Assembly (NCBI GenBank): GCA_050633245.1
Contig: JBOEGD010000024.1
Span: 199,787 to 263,786 of the forward strand
Direction: 5' to 3'
From: Calditrichia bacterium
GTDB taxonomy: Bacteria > Calditrichota > Calditrichia > RBG-13-44-9 > J075
Length of the DNA: 64,000 nt
Position numbers and translations under genes: made by a program. The notes under the pieces were generated by a model. That model saw only the letters and a list, made by a program, of their open reading frames with translations. It was not told where the DNA came from and did no database searches. Position 1 is the first letter of the stretch. Each line of letters starts with the position of its first letter. This document shows, one piece after another, positions 10,068 to 19,812 of the stretch.

Positions 10068-10359
10068 TGAGCGAACTCCGCCGCCAGGCTGGTTGCTGTT
10101 ACGTTGGCCGGACGAAGTTATCGAAAAGCTTAAATTGGGTAATGTTACACATTTGAGTCTCGATCATGATCTTGGCGATGATGAGCGAGGCACAGGCTAC
10201 GATGTTGTATTGTGGTTGGAAGAGGCTGTGGCAACTCGCGGTTTTGTTCCGCCAACAACATTGAAGGTTCACTCAGCAAACAGCTCCGCTCGCCTGAAGA
10301 TGGAAGCGGGTCTTAAATCTATCCGACGGTTGGCTGCTGAAGGTAAAAACGTTAGCTGA
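10048..10359 (+). CDS. stand-alone CPR (cyclic-phosphate processing receiver-like) domain protein
   Basis: MKIYLDDERTPP.GW......E....L......LSLDHDLGD...TGYDV..WLEE matches the remembered CPR signature (LDDxR ... DHDLG ... GYD..W). Confidence 0.5.
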   Translation: MKIYLDDERTPPPGWLLLRWPDEVIEKLKLGNVTHLSLDHDLGDDERGTGYDVVLWLEEAVATRGFVPPTTLKVHSANSSARLKMEAGLKSIRRLAAEGKNVS

Positions 10360-10451
10360 CTACTTGCTACAGCAGGTGCGGAACATATCATCTGCTTGAT
10401 AGCGTCATCGGGGCGCAACCGAGCTTCATTCGTTAGTCAGGAGTATGACTC

Positions 10452-10874
10452 ATGCTGATCCCAACCAGCTATAAGGCGAAGATTTCCAGAGAGCTTTCCT
10501 ACCCGGTTGGGGCAAAGATGGTGTCAGAAGGCCTCAATGGGTGCCCCCAGTTTGAGGAACTTGAGCTTTGGTTTTGGGCAATTGGTGGCCCGGGCCCAGA
10601 CAAGATAAAGGCACTTTCAACCTCCGGTAGGTCTCTCGTTATTCTGAGCGCAAGTTATTGTCAGAACCAAGTAGTAGAATGGACGGTGACTATAAACGCT
10701 ATATTGTCGGTGAATAAGGACGTCGCGCGTGCAGCTATCTGCAATGAAGGATTGTTGCTTGTGAAGAGATGGCTTGAAACTCCGAGGAGTCAGGTTTGGC
10801 TGCAAAACGGTAGAAAAACCTGCTACTTTCGGTGGAATCCTTCCACAGGTGAGACGGATTTTAGTGAAAGGTAG
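10452..10874 (+). CDS. hypothetical protein
   Basis: 140-aa ORF; Trp/Cys-containing, no motif recognised. Confidence 0.35.
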   Translation: MLIPTSYKAKISRELSYPVGAKMVSEGLNGCPQFEELELWFWAIGGPGPDKIKALSTSGRSLVILSASYCQNQVVEWTVTINAILSVNKDVARAAICNEGLLLVKRWLETPRSQVWLQNGRKTCYFRWNPSTGETDFSER

Positions 10875-10921
10875 CTCTAATTTGGTTTATTGTGTGGTGT
10901 AATAATGTGGCATATTAATGA

Positions 10922-11773
10922 GTGAATAAACAAAAAAAGAGCTCGCTCGCTGTAACAACACATAACAAATGGCTTAGCAATGATGGTATCTTCGCTGGAT
11001 TATTGGAATATTATGCAGCTTATAGCAAAAGGCAATTACACTTGAACTCAAAACGAATTGGTCAAATCAAAAAATTGGTGCGCTATCCGGTTAAGTCGAT
11101 GGCCGGTATCGAGATGGACGAAGCGCTGCTTGGCTGGCATGGATTGACAGGTGATCGCCGTTTTGGTGTCCGTAAGGTAGACAAAGCCGGAGATTTTCCC
11201 TGGCTTACCGCCGGCAGAATGCCGGAACTACTTTTGTATAAGTCAGTTGAATTTGACGCAAATCTTCTTCCGAAAAAAGTACAGACACCCTCCGGCGAAT
11301 TACTGGATATAACGAGCAAGGAGCTGCGCGCCGAGATTCATCGACAGTCTGGTCATCAGGTCGAGCTAATGGCACTGAAGCACGGAATCTTCGATGATGC
11401 CGTTATTTCCCTAATTGCATCTGCAACTGCAGCACATGTTTGCAGCGAAGCCGGAGTTTCGGCAGACAGCAGACGATTTCGCGCAAATATTGAAATCAGC
11501 TGCGACCAACCCTCTCCGTTCGCTGAAGACGATTGGGTGGGAAGCGTTATCTCTTTTGGAGAATCCGCCAATGCACCCGCCGTCCATATCACCAAGCGCG
11601 ACATAAGATGTAAAATGATCAGCCTTGATCCGGATACGGCAGAGCACAGTCCAATAGTTTTAAAAACTGCAGTGCAGTTAAATGATAACAATGCGGGTGT
11701 GTATGGAACGGTTATTCGAACGGGCACCATAAAAGTTGGTGACGCATTGCTTCTACTGAATTGTGCAGAATAA
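10922..11773 (+). CDS. MOSC domain protein (MOSC_N beta-barrel plus MOSC)
   Basis: LVRYPVKSMAGIE....L...GL.GDRRFGV is the MOSC N-terminal beta-barrel signature. The C-terminal half is consistent with a MOSC sulfur-carrier domain. The annotated ATG may be upstream of the real start. Confidence 0.6.
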   Translation: MNKQKKSSLAVTTHNKWLSNDGIFAGLLEYYAAYSKRQLHLNSKRIGQIKKLVRYPVKSMAGIEMDEALLGWHGLTGDRRFGVRKVDKAGDFPWLTAGRMPELLLYKSVEFDANLLPKKVQTPSGELLDITSKELRAEIHRQSGHQVELMALKHGIFDDAVISLIASATAAHVCSEAGVSADSRRFRANIEISCDQPSPFAEDDWVGSVISFGESANAPAVHITKRDIRCKMISLDPDTAEHSPIVLKTAVQLNDNNAGVYGTVIRTGTIKVGDALLLLNCAE

Positions 11774-11923
11774 CCGACGGGCACATAGTATCGATAGCAA
11801 TTCGAATTCCGTTGTGCACACGTTTGCTGCTGAAGCGAGATGCTTTTCCCTAACTCTTGTCTTGTCCCTCCAAAAGTTAGTTAGTACTATTTGACACACT
11901 CTTAATAAAACAGGGTAATTATT

Positions 11924-12328
11924 ATGAATAATAAAAATAATCAAAACAAAAAATTTTTACCCATTTGGGTATGGGGAATCGCGCTTGTACAACTTCTTTT
12001 GGTTCTTTTCTTTGCAGCTGGAACAGCAATGAATCCGGAAAATTTTATACCAGGGATTTCAGAATTGGATTATGTGACGCAACTTTATATTACGCGGAAT
12101 GTAACGGTAGTGCTTGGGATAGTTGTTGCTTTGCTCCTTCGGAGTCATAAAGCACTATTTGCAATGTTAATCGTTAGGGTATTGACGGACATATCCGATG
12201 TTATTACGGTATATGCCTTTAATGTAGGAGTAATTAAATCAAGTGTACCGATGGTCGTTGTCATACTTATTATTCCTGCTCTACTAGCTCTCGGGTATTT
12301 GTGGAAGAGAATTAGTCAAGAAAGTTAG
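11924..12328 (+). CDS. small integral membrane protein
   Basis: Four predicted hydrophobic helices. Confidence 0.45.
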   Translation: MNNKNNQNKKFLPIWVWGIALVQLLLVLFFAAGTAMNPENFIPGISELDYVTQLYITRNVTVVLGIVVALLLRSHKALFAMLIVRVLTDISDVITVYAFNVGVIKSSVPMVVVILIIPALLALGYLWKRISQES

Positions 12329-12426
12329 TAAGAAACGCACAAGGCGCTGCAGAGGATGCAGTTTCGCGCTGCTATGTGTAGTTCAAAGGTAGCACTGCAT
12401 ATCGATAGTACGATTAAGGTATAGTA

Positions 12427-12963
12427 ATGGATTTCTCCTCTTATAAAGAAGCAGAAAAAACAGAAATTAGGCGGCTTTTTCATGACGTGTTCTCCCAATC
12501 TGAAGGGCCATCCGAAGGCGCGTTAATAGCAAAGCTGGTGCTCGATCTAATTAATACCACAACGACCCCGGATATCTTTGGGTTCGTTGCTAAGGACGAA
12601 GAGAAGCTCATCGGCAGCATCTTTTTTACACGACTCAGCTTCGATACGCAGATAGAAGCATTTATCCTATCTCCCGTGGCGGTTCACTCAGACTATCAGA
12701 GCAAAGGTATTGGCCAGAAGCTAATTACCCATGGACTTGAACAGTTGAAGAACGCGGGAGTGGAACTGGCGTTTACCTATGGTGATCCGAATTATTATTC
12801 CAAAGTCGGTTTTCAACAGGTTTCGGAAGAAATTATTCAAGCTCCGCTAAAAATGTCACAGCCTGAAGGCTGGTTATGCCAATCGCTTGTTGGAAATGAA
12901 ATTTTGCCGATACAAGATAAACCACGCTGTGTGCCAGCACTGAATGACCCGGTGTATTGGTAG
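12427..12963 (+). CDS. GNAT family N-acetyltransferase
   Basis: Acetyl-CoA binding motif QSKGIGQKLITHGLEQLKNAGVELAFTYGD.NYYSKVGF. Confidence 0.7.
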   Translation: MDFSSYKEAEKTEIRRLFHDVFSQSEGPSEGALIAKLVLDLINTTTTPDIFGFVAKDEEKLIGSIFFTRLSFDTQIEAFILSPVAVHSDYQSKGIGQKLITHGLEQLKNAGVELAFTYGDPNYYSKVGFQQVSEEIIQAPLKMSQPEGWLCQSLVGNEILPIQDKPRCVPALNDPVYW

Positions 12964-13114
12964 GGGATAGACTCTCGCCACAGAGCGGCGAGATATTCAG
13001 TAGGATTAGCCAGCTAGATAAAATAAGAAAAGCCTGCAAGGTTTCTTGCTGATACGAATAAATTAACCTGCTGATTTTGCCTCAATAGCTTAACTTTCAA
13101 CGTGCCGTTCTCTG

Positions 13115-13152
13115 AACCCTTCGGCGTCGCTCAGGATTAACTCCGCTGAAGG
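13115..13152. repeat. copy (inverted orientation) of a ~40-bp recurring extragenic motif (CGGAGnTTATCCTGAGC core)
   Basis: gctcaggattaactccg matches 15/17 positions of the reverse complement of cggagcttatcctgagc at 21084..21100. Confidence 0.4.
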
Positions 13153-13254
13153 TAAAGTGCCAATTGACCTCTTCGCCCAATGAAGAAGTCGTTACCGGCC
13201 AAAATCTTCTTGTAAGTATCTGAGCGTTGTAGTATGTTGTTGCATATTATTCCT

Positions 13255-13344
13255 GAAATTTGGAATAACACACTAAAAACCTCTATCCATAATTATTCTT
13301 TAACAGACTATTTTGTGCTGAAACCACTTCGGTTTTTAATCTCG
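13255..13344 (+). repeat. direct repeat R1 (~90 bp) upstream of the metallophosphoesterase gene
   Basis: ggaataacacactaaaaac...ttctttaacagactattttgtgctgaaaccacttcggtttttaatctcg aligns with 14990..15074 (ttctttaacagactgttctgtgctgaaataccttggtttttgaaaccg). Confidence 0.7.
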
Positions 13345-13562
13345 ATTTGAGACCAGGTTTCATGTAGCTAAATAGGTTGATCTATTAGCAGTGAATTGAG
13401 GCATTCGGTTGTACTTGCGGTATTAGACGGAAGGGATCGGCCTCTATTGACTTGGCGTATTTGTAAAAAACAGGATAAAAACTTAGATAAGCTTAAGAGC
13501 ACCTGTAAGGTTCACTTTGGCTATTAAGAATTCACTCACAACAAGCGAAGGGATCCACCAAT

Positions 13563-14822
13563 ATGTATGACATTGCAAGACTTCAAAAGGCCCTTAAGGA
13601 GATGTGGTCTAAACTAGCACCGGAAGAGCGCGCAAAACTTGAAAAGCAGGCAATTGCCGGCCATGAGTATCTACTTTCTATCCGCTCAGGGGCAGCACCT
13701 GAGATGAAGGCTCCGGTACCGCGCGAGCTATTACTTCTCTACAGCCTGCTTCATGATGACCCGGATGGATTGCTGAAGGATGCTGCTTCGCTCGACTCTG
13801 AAGTAACACATGTTGGAGCTGATGGTGAAGTGTACTTCGGCAATGTTGACTTCGACTCCACCGATCCCAAGTGGGCGTACTGCCCTTGGGCTTGGTATGA
13901 GACCGGACCGACAGTGCCTTTCGCCGCACCTCCGGCTACACCTCCAGCTGTCGTAGAAATCCCTGATACGGCGACTCTGGCAATCCTTGGTGACTGGGGA
14001 GGGAATAACGCTCCGGCGCAGCAGGTTGCCGCCGCTGTTAGAAACATCGAAGCCGACTATTTTGTGCATCTTGGAGACGTCTACTATGCAGGTACGAACG
14101 AGAATGGATTGGTCGAAACTAACTATCAAGAGGAGAATTTTTTAGGCCCATGGCCCGGTACGTCTGGCAAGTCTTTTAACCTGAATTCGAATCATGATAT
14201 GTATGCCCATGCTATCGGATATTTTAATACTGCATTAGCATCTCCAATGTTTTCTGCGCAGGCCGGTTGTAGTTACTTTGCTCTTTTCAACAGTAGCTTT
14301 CGCTTTGTTGGCCTCGATACCGCTTACTTCGACCCCGATCAGAGTGGAACGGGTTTTATGACTGGAAACTTGAATTCCGGACAGGAAGAATTTCTTCTGG
14401 CGCAGGCAAGGAGTGCCGCTCAGCAAAATCAGAAACTCATTCTATTCACGCATCATAATGGATTGTCGATGGACGGAGAGACGAAGTTGTCACTATGGAA
14501 TCAGATTGTCGCTCAGTTGACTCCATTGAATGGACAGTCGGTTATCTGGTATTGTGGCCATGAACATGTTGGAGCGGTATATCAGCCACAAACGGCGGGA
14601 CAAGTCACAATTCTTCCAAGATGCTGCGGTCATGGCTGTATCCCTTGGGGCATACCATCGAATCTTCAGGGAAAAAGTCAAGTACTGTGGTTTGAGGATG
14701 AGGTTCTTGGCCCGGGATCTAATTATTTTGTAACCAACGGCTTTGCGACATTAAGTCTCAATGGAGCTTCGATCACAGAGACTTTTTACAATCAGAGTGG
14801 CGATGCTCACTGGACCAGCTAA
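13563..14822 (+). CDS. calcineurin-like metallophosphoesterase
   Basis: Motifs ILGDWGG, HLGDVYY(A)G and NHD. About 130 aa of N-terminal extension. Confidence 0.65.
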   Translation: MYDIARLQKALKEMWSKLAPEERAKLEKQAIAGHEYLLSIRSGAAPEMKAPVPRELLLLYSLLHDDPDGLLKDAASLDSEVTHVGADGEVYFGNVDFDSTDPKWAYCPWAWYETGPTVPFAAPPATPPAVVEIPDTATLAILGDWGGNNAPAQQVAAAVRNIEADYFVHLGDVYYAGTNENGLVETNYQEENFLGPWPGTSGKSFNLNSNHDMYAHAIGYFNTALASPMFSAQAGCSYFALFNSSFRFVGLDTAYFDPDQSGTGFMTGNLNSGQEEFLLAQARSAAQQNQKLILFTHHNGLSMDGETKLSLWNQIVAQLTPLNGQSVIWYCGHEHVGAVYQPQTAGQVTILPRCCGHGCIPWGIPSNLQGKSQVLWFEDEVLGPGSNYFVTNGFATLSLNGASITETFYNQSGDAHWTS

Positions 14823-14989
14823 TGTAGAGGCTGAAGCCGTCGAAAGCGCATGAATCTGCTACTACGCCATCGGAAAGTGTGACAGATTCATGCAAACTTT
14901 TTAATACTTTGTTGGAGTTGTTACAAAGCTGAAGGTTTTCTGGCGTTTTGCAGATCACTTTATTATGTTATTAGACGTTCTTCTCGGAG

Positions 14990-15074
14990 TTGGGAAAAAC
15001 ACAACAAACTCCCCACTATAAAAACGTTCTTTAACAGACTGTTCTGTGCTGAAATACCTTGGTTTTTGAAACCG
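14990..15074 (+). repeat. direct repeat R2, paralogous to 13255..13344
   Basis: See R1. It contains a small palindrome, GGTTTttgAAACC. Confidence 0.7.
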
Positions 15075-15247
15075 GGTGCTCCAAAAAGCATGTGACTAGT
15101 TGTTGAGCGGTTATCGGATTGAAAAAAATCAGAAAAAAGTATCTATATAATTAACAGTTTAATGCACTAAATACCAAGTCGCACCACCTCCGGCATTCTC
15201 TGCCGGGCTGGAAGTAACCTTGCTCTGCTTATGTATGCGGAGCGAAG

Positions 15248-15658
15248 TTGATACGCGCTAGAAAGAGAATGATTTATGAAGAATTTGATGATCTACAAGA
15301 GCTGTTTTTTATGGGCCCTGAACTCGAAAGCCGACACGCATGGTGGCACTGGGTCTATTTTTTAATGATGCCTGTCTTAGATATTACAGGCCCCTTGTCG
15401 CATATTTTCTCAACGGGGCAATGTGATTACACTTACAAAGATGATGAGCGATTTCCCGGTGTGCGTAATCCGATTACTTTTTACGCCTGGGCTAAGTCTT
15501 ACCATCTCGAATATGACCGTATGGTTGCAACCTTCTTACCCCGGACTCCGGCTCAACGTCGGGATTTAGCTGCGATGAGAGAATATAGTGATATCATTGC
15601 GAAGGCTTTAAGAGAGGCACGCGATATACTGAATGAATCAGATAGTAGTGATGAGTAA
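15248..15658 (+). CDS. hypothetical protein
   Basis: 136-aa ORF. Its 3' end overlaps the degraded YcaQ copy. Confidence 0.35.
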   Translation: MIRARKRMIYEEFDDLQELFFMGPELESRHAWWHWVYFLMMPVLDITGPLSHIFSTGQCDYTYKDDERFPGVRNPITFYAWAKSYHLEYDRMVATFLPRTPAQRRDLAAMREYSDIIAKALREARDILNESDSSDE

Positions 15659-16351
15659 CCCCATGAATATCTCCCTCTCGCTTCAACAAGCCCGTAAGCT
15701 GGCCCTGTTATCGCAGCGACTACCGCCGGTAAATCAAGCCGGTAGCGCAACGGCTGCTACTTTGGCGGCGATTGAGCAGCTCGGTTATATTCAGATCGAT
15801 ACGATCTCCGTCATTCAGCGTGCTCATCACCACACCCTGTGGAATCGCAATCCGCGTTACAAAGCTGTGCAGCTAAGTCAGCTGATTACTGAGAAAAAAG
15901 TGTTCGAATACTGTCTCATGCCGCGGCTTACCTGCCGATGCGCGACTACCAGTTTAGCTTCGTGTGCAAGCATGCCCTTGCAACTGGCACGCTAAAGCAA
16001 TGGTATAAGCGCGATGATAAGATGATAAAGCTGGTGCTGGATCGTATTGCCGGCGAAGGCTCGCTAATGGCCAGAGATTTTGAGCACATTGGTAAAAAGA
16101 TCGGTGACTGGCGAGCCAAGCCGGCCAAGCAGGCACTGGAATATCTGTTTATGCAGGGTGACCTGATGATAGCGAGCCGCGTAAATTTTCACAAGGTGTA
16201 CGACCTTACCGAGCGGGTGCTGCCGGAAGGAATTGGAAGCATTTCAATAGATGCACCGGACTTGTGTTACACCGAACCTCGCCAAAAACGGTTAAACCGG
16301 AGCTGCAGGTGTTGATGGGGAATTTGGCGGGACGCTTGGTGTAATTGAGCC
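15633..16351 (+). pseudogene. degraded duplicate of the YcaQ-family (DUF1006 winged-helix) gene, with frameshifts and a ~570-bp internal deletion
   Basis: Two ORF pieces (15633..15995 and 15938..16315) are about 95% identical in nucleotide sequence to 19813..20390 of the intact gene. A 1-nt deletion (tattggtctcatg becomes tactgtctcatg) breaks the frame. The homologous N-terminal ~190 codons are joined directly to the last ~20 codons (aaccggagctgcaggtgttgatgggg), with another frame change. Confidence 0.75.
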
Positions 16352-16360
16352 GCATTTCGC

Positions 16361-16402
16361 TCCCCTCGGCGGAGTTTATCCTGCCCCTCGGCTCCGCTCG
16401 GG
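16361..16402. repeat. copy of the ~40-bp extragenic motif downstream of the degraded YcaQ copy
   Basis: cccctcggcggagtttatcctgcccctcggctccgctcgg compared with cctctcggcggagcttatcctgagcacctcgactccgctc at 21074..21113. Confidence 0.6.
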
Positions 16403-16534
16403 GAACGGTACTTCTTTCCGCTAGGGGAATGTAAGAGCACGCACCACTGAGTCTCAAACTTCCAGGAGCTCGGTAAATTTTGATCTAAAAGTGGAAAGAA
16501 ATAGAGGTAGAATTGACGGAAACCAATCGTTGAT

Positions 16535-16783
16535 TTGCATAAAAGCTTCTACAGCCCCAAAGCGATATCGATTTCCACATTTTTGGGTGGACCATTGGCC
16601 GCAGGCTACCTAATGGCGCGCAATCTCAAGGCCCTGGGCGATAAGGAATACTGGAAGGATTTTGAAGTTACTAATTATTTTAAGAACTTGAATGTGTCAC
16701 TCAATCAAAGCAATGCGCCAAAACAGATAAAAATTACTCTTTTAATTTATGGCTTTAACGGGCTGGAGAAATATCCGCTCTAA
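16535..16783 (+). CDS. small hypothetical protein
   Basis: 82-aa ORF only. Confidence 0.25.
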   Translation: MHKSFYSPKAISISTFLGGPLAAGYLMARNLKALGDKEYWKDFEVTNYFKNLNVSLNQSNAPKQIKITLLIYGFNGLEKYPL

Positions 16784-16863
16784 CAAACGCATTTAGTGAG
16801 AGAGCAATCCCGTCACGTCGAGTGTGAAGAGAAACAAGTATCGCGCCAGAGCAGCTACACCTG

Positions 16864-18291
16864 ATGCTCGGCGTTATAAGAAGGGGGCTGTCTGTGAATA
16901 AAAAGGAATACCGAATATTTCTACTGGGTGTTGTTGTGCTTGGTGGTTTTTTCGGCACAATCATCTTTTATAATGCCCCCGAAATATGGATGCCGGCACC
17001 AGGTTGGAGCATTCTGAGTTCACTGGTAGCGTCTTTGCTACTTGCCCCGATTATCATTTTTTCTTATCGTCCAAAAACCGGGTTTAAACCTCGAATATTT
17101 CTTGCGCTACTCGTGCTTTGTGGCGCTCTGGTAATGTGGATCGATGCTGCGTATAATGTTCCCGGACCTATCGGGAATTCAGATTCAGGAGTTGCCTCAC
17201 TTTTAATAAATATTCAAACAACGAGTTCCTGGGCATATCGTCTTTTCATTTTAATCCCAATTATTTTTACCGTGTTTGCTCTATGGGTTTGCGGTATGTT
17301 TTCGCTGTCCCTGGCGCGTGGTGTAACCAAGGCAAAAAAAGATTCCCCGAACTATTCGCTAATCACTTTGTCAATAAGCAGCGTAGGCGTTGTATTGCTT
17401 GTAATAATGACCATCGCGAGTGTAATGTTTATCAAAAGTGGGCCAGTCTATGTTCTGTATGCCAACGAATTAAATTTTCCAAAATATAAGTGGGACGAGA
17501 AAGTACTCCAGCTAAAGGAAGATATTCTTACGCGCAGTGATGATGTAAAATCGATTGAAGTTTATCAAGGCTATGTGGATGTCGAGCATACGTTGGCTAA
17601 ATCTATTTTCGAAAAATATGTATTATTGGAACTAACCCAGCAAAAACGTCTGCGACGAGGAAAATTGAGAGCGTCGCTAATTCATGGACTTAAACGCTAT
17701 GAAAGTTCTTTAATATCCATATATGATGACCCGGATCGACCGGCGGTGCCATCTGAGGAAACGTATACATTTGTCGAAAATAATTTTGTTCTGGATCAAA
17801 AAGTGCTCTCGAAATTAGGAATAGATACGGCTGAGTTACCTGATGATGCCGCTGCAAAGCTTCGAATGTCGTCAGAAAAAAGTCTGCCTGAAATAACCAT
17901 AGACATTGCAAATCTAACCATTCCTCTCACCGCGATAGGATCTATCGAGAAAGTTCAGACAGAATATCAGGAAGCGGACTTGCCTACGCCCCGCTGGGAA
18001 TTGTTCTCATTGATTCAGAAAGACTCACCAACCGGAGTTTTAGTCTCTCTTAATGAGCATTATATTAGAAGCTTTGGTCTAAGCTTGAGCGCTATAGAAA
18101 CCACCATTATGGAATATATCGGGGCGCAGACTCTCCCAATTGATATTCGCTCATTTGAAGAGATCGTGCTTGCAAGTTCTGATAATGGACAGAAGATAAG
18201 ACTTCGTGATATTGCCAGGGTGGATCGTAGCGAGCTCAACGATCGCTATCGTACTATTAACGGTCGTTTCTACGATATTCGGTTGCAATAA
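16864..18291 (+). CDS. membrane protein with an N-terminal polytopic domain (~5 TM) and a C-terminal soluble domain of unknown function
   Basis: Hydrophobic helices in the first ~200 aa. AT-rich gene. Confidence 0.5.
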   Translation: MLGVIRRGLSVNKKEYRIFLLGVVVLGGFFGTIIFYNAPEIWMPAPGWSILSSLVASLLLAPIIIFSYRPKTGFKPRIFLALLVLCGALVMWIDAAYNVPGPIGNSDSGVASLLINIQTTSSWAYRLFILIPIIFTVFALWVCGMFSLSLARGVTKAKKDSPNYSLITLSISSVGVVLLVIMTIASVMFIKSGPVYVLYANELNFPKYKWDEKVLQLKEDILTRSDDVKSIEVYQGYVDVEHTLAKSIFEKYVLLELTQQKRLRRGKLRASLIHGLKRYESSLISIYDDPDRPAVPSEETYTFVENNFVLDQKVLSKLGIDTAELPDDAAAKLRMSSEKSLPEITIDIANLTIPLTAIGSIEKVQTEYQEADLPTPRWELFSLIQKDSPTGVLVSLNEHYIRSFGLSLSAIETTIMEYIGAQTLPIDIRSFEEIVLASSDNGQKIRLRDIARVDRSELNDRYRTINGRFYDIRLQ

Positions 18292-18409
18292 AATGCAGAT
18301 CGGCGCGGATATCACGGCCTCTGCACATGGCCAGGCTGTGTTGATAATAGTGACATCCCAAGAAACCAAACTAAATATGCCTCCCCGCAGGGGCTAAAAA
18401 GCCAGCTCG

Positions 18410-18919
18410 GTGATCGTGGTCGTCAGGAGACCACAGGAGAATATGGAATCGTCCTATAAAAGCTATATAAAACGATATTTTGTAGTATTGCTCCTTGATA
18501 GCGAGGAAGAATATTCATCACTAATAGAAAAGCTTTCAGAATATCTATTGCAGAAGAGTCGTGATGCAATTGCATATCACAATCGAGGTCTGGCTTATCT
18601 TGAAATGGGGAATGAGAAGGGTTTAAAAGACATTGAACGAAGTATCTCGATTGATGGTAATAGAAAAGAGCCCTACAAAGTTTTAGGTCTATTTTGGGAA
18701 CGAAACTTGGATTTAAAGCAGGCTTTGGCGTATTTTACTAAAACAATTGAAGCAGATGTTAATGATGCTAAAAACTATAGATGTCGAGCTTCAGTTCAGG
18801 AAGCGCTTGGTGATTTAGATAGCGCTATAAGCGATCTAAATAAAGCAATAGAACTTGAACCGACATTTGAATACACAATAAAGCTGCGAGATAAATTACA
18901 ATCACGTGCAAGCTCTTGA
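18410..18919 (+). CDS. TPR repeat protein
   Basis: Three to four 34-aa TPR-like units (AIAYHNRGLAYLEMGN ... ALAYFTKTIEAD ... AISDLNKAIELEP). Confidence 0.6.
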   Translation: MIVVVRRPQENMESSYKSYIKRYFVVLLLDSEEEYSSLIEKLSEYLLQKSRDAIAYHNRGLAYLEMGNEKGLKDIERSISIDGNRKEPYKVLGLFWERNLDLKQALAYFTKTIEADVNDAKNYRCRASVQEALGDLDSAISDLNKAIELEPTFEYTIKLRDKLQSRASS

Positions 18920-18998
18920 CAAGGCGCTGCGCTCCCAATTTGCGCCGAGCACGGCGTTATGAATATCAATCTTGCCATTTGAACATTGAGTATCATTC

Positions 18999-19667
18999 AT
19001 GAAGTGGTTCAAAAAATTTTTTACATTGAGTATCTTTCGTGACACCCAAACCACGGAAAATAGCACTGAACAGATTGCATCGTCCGAGATAAAGGATATT
19101 GACTTATACGTGGACGAATATCTTGCCAGGTTCAATGTGAATGTAGACTATTCTGGTGATCAGAGAGATCACCAGCTTTTAGATAAAATCCGCAGAGATG
19201 CAGCCGACCAGGAAGATGATATTGTCCTTTCAGCTTTGCTAAACGGCCTTGAGAAAACAGCGAAATTCGGGATACTTTCGTTTGAGGGAAAGTCCTTCCT
19301 TAAGGCCATCGGGCAGCTCGGTGATCGAAAGGCTGTCGGCCCCCTGCGGTTGCTTTTTGATAGTTTTGTTGACCCCAAGAAACGCGCAGACCGTGATTTA
19401 GTTACCTTAACGCTATTCTCACTAGGGGATTTAAATTGGATTAAAGAACGAGTCTCTTTGCAAGATCTGGTCATGATGCTCGTTGTGTCTAAAATTAATA
19501 CTGATGGTTCAATTCGGTTCACGCACCATTTGAGTGGTGCCACAATTGTTGAAGCTGGAGAGCTCTTGCAAAGAGATGGTGATTTTCACGCGCTCTTGGA
19601 GTTGACGATGGCACACAATAGTTATGCTGAGCAAGAAGTGGTTGTAAAAGCAATCAGCACAACTTAG
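18999..19667 (+). CDS. hypothetical protein
   Basis: 222-aa ORF. Confidence 0.4.
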   Translation: MKWFKKFFTLSIFRDTQTTENSTEQIASSEIKDIDLYVDEYLARFNVNVDYSGDQRDHQLLDKIRRDAADQEDDIVLSALLNGLEKTAKFGILSFEGKSFLKAIGQLGDRKAVGPLRLLFDSFVDPKKRADRDLVTLTLFSLGDLNWIKERVSLQDLVMMLVVSKINTDGSIRFTHHLSGATIVEAGELLQRDGDFHALLELTMAHNSYAEQEVVVKAISTT

Positions 19668-19812
19668 AGCTGTATTAGCGCAGAGTCTTTTTGTCGCACC
19701 TGATCACCATACACCAAACGTATATCAAGCGCATGCAGTCGGACAAATTGCCCGCTTCGCGCACCTTGCTGCTCGATGCTGCTCGATTCCACCCATTGGA
19801 AACTGTTGACCT

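Noticed and set aside
12972-12995. Hairpin TCTCGCC-acagagc-GGCGAGA after the GNAT gene
   Set aside because: The 7-bp stem is followed by only a weak T tract. It may be a terminator, but the evidence is too thin to call as a feature.
13678-14129. Three overlapping minus-strand ORFs (83-132 aa) inside the metallophosphoesterase gene
   Set aside because: They are fully embedded antisense to a well-supported CDS, and Arg/Ser-rich as expected from GC-rich antisense frames.
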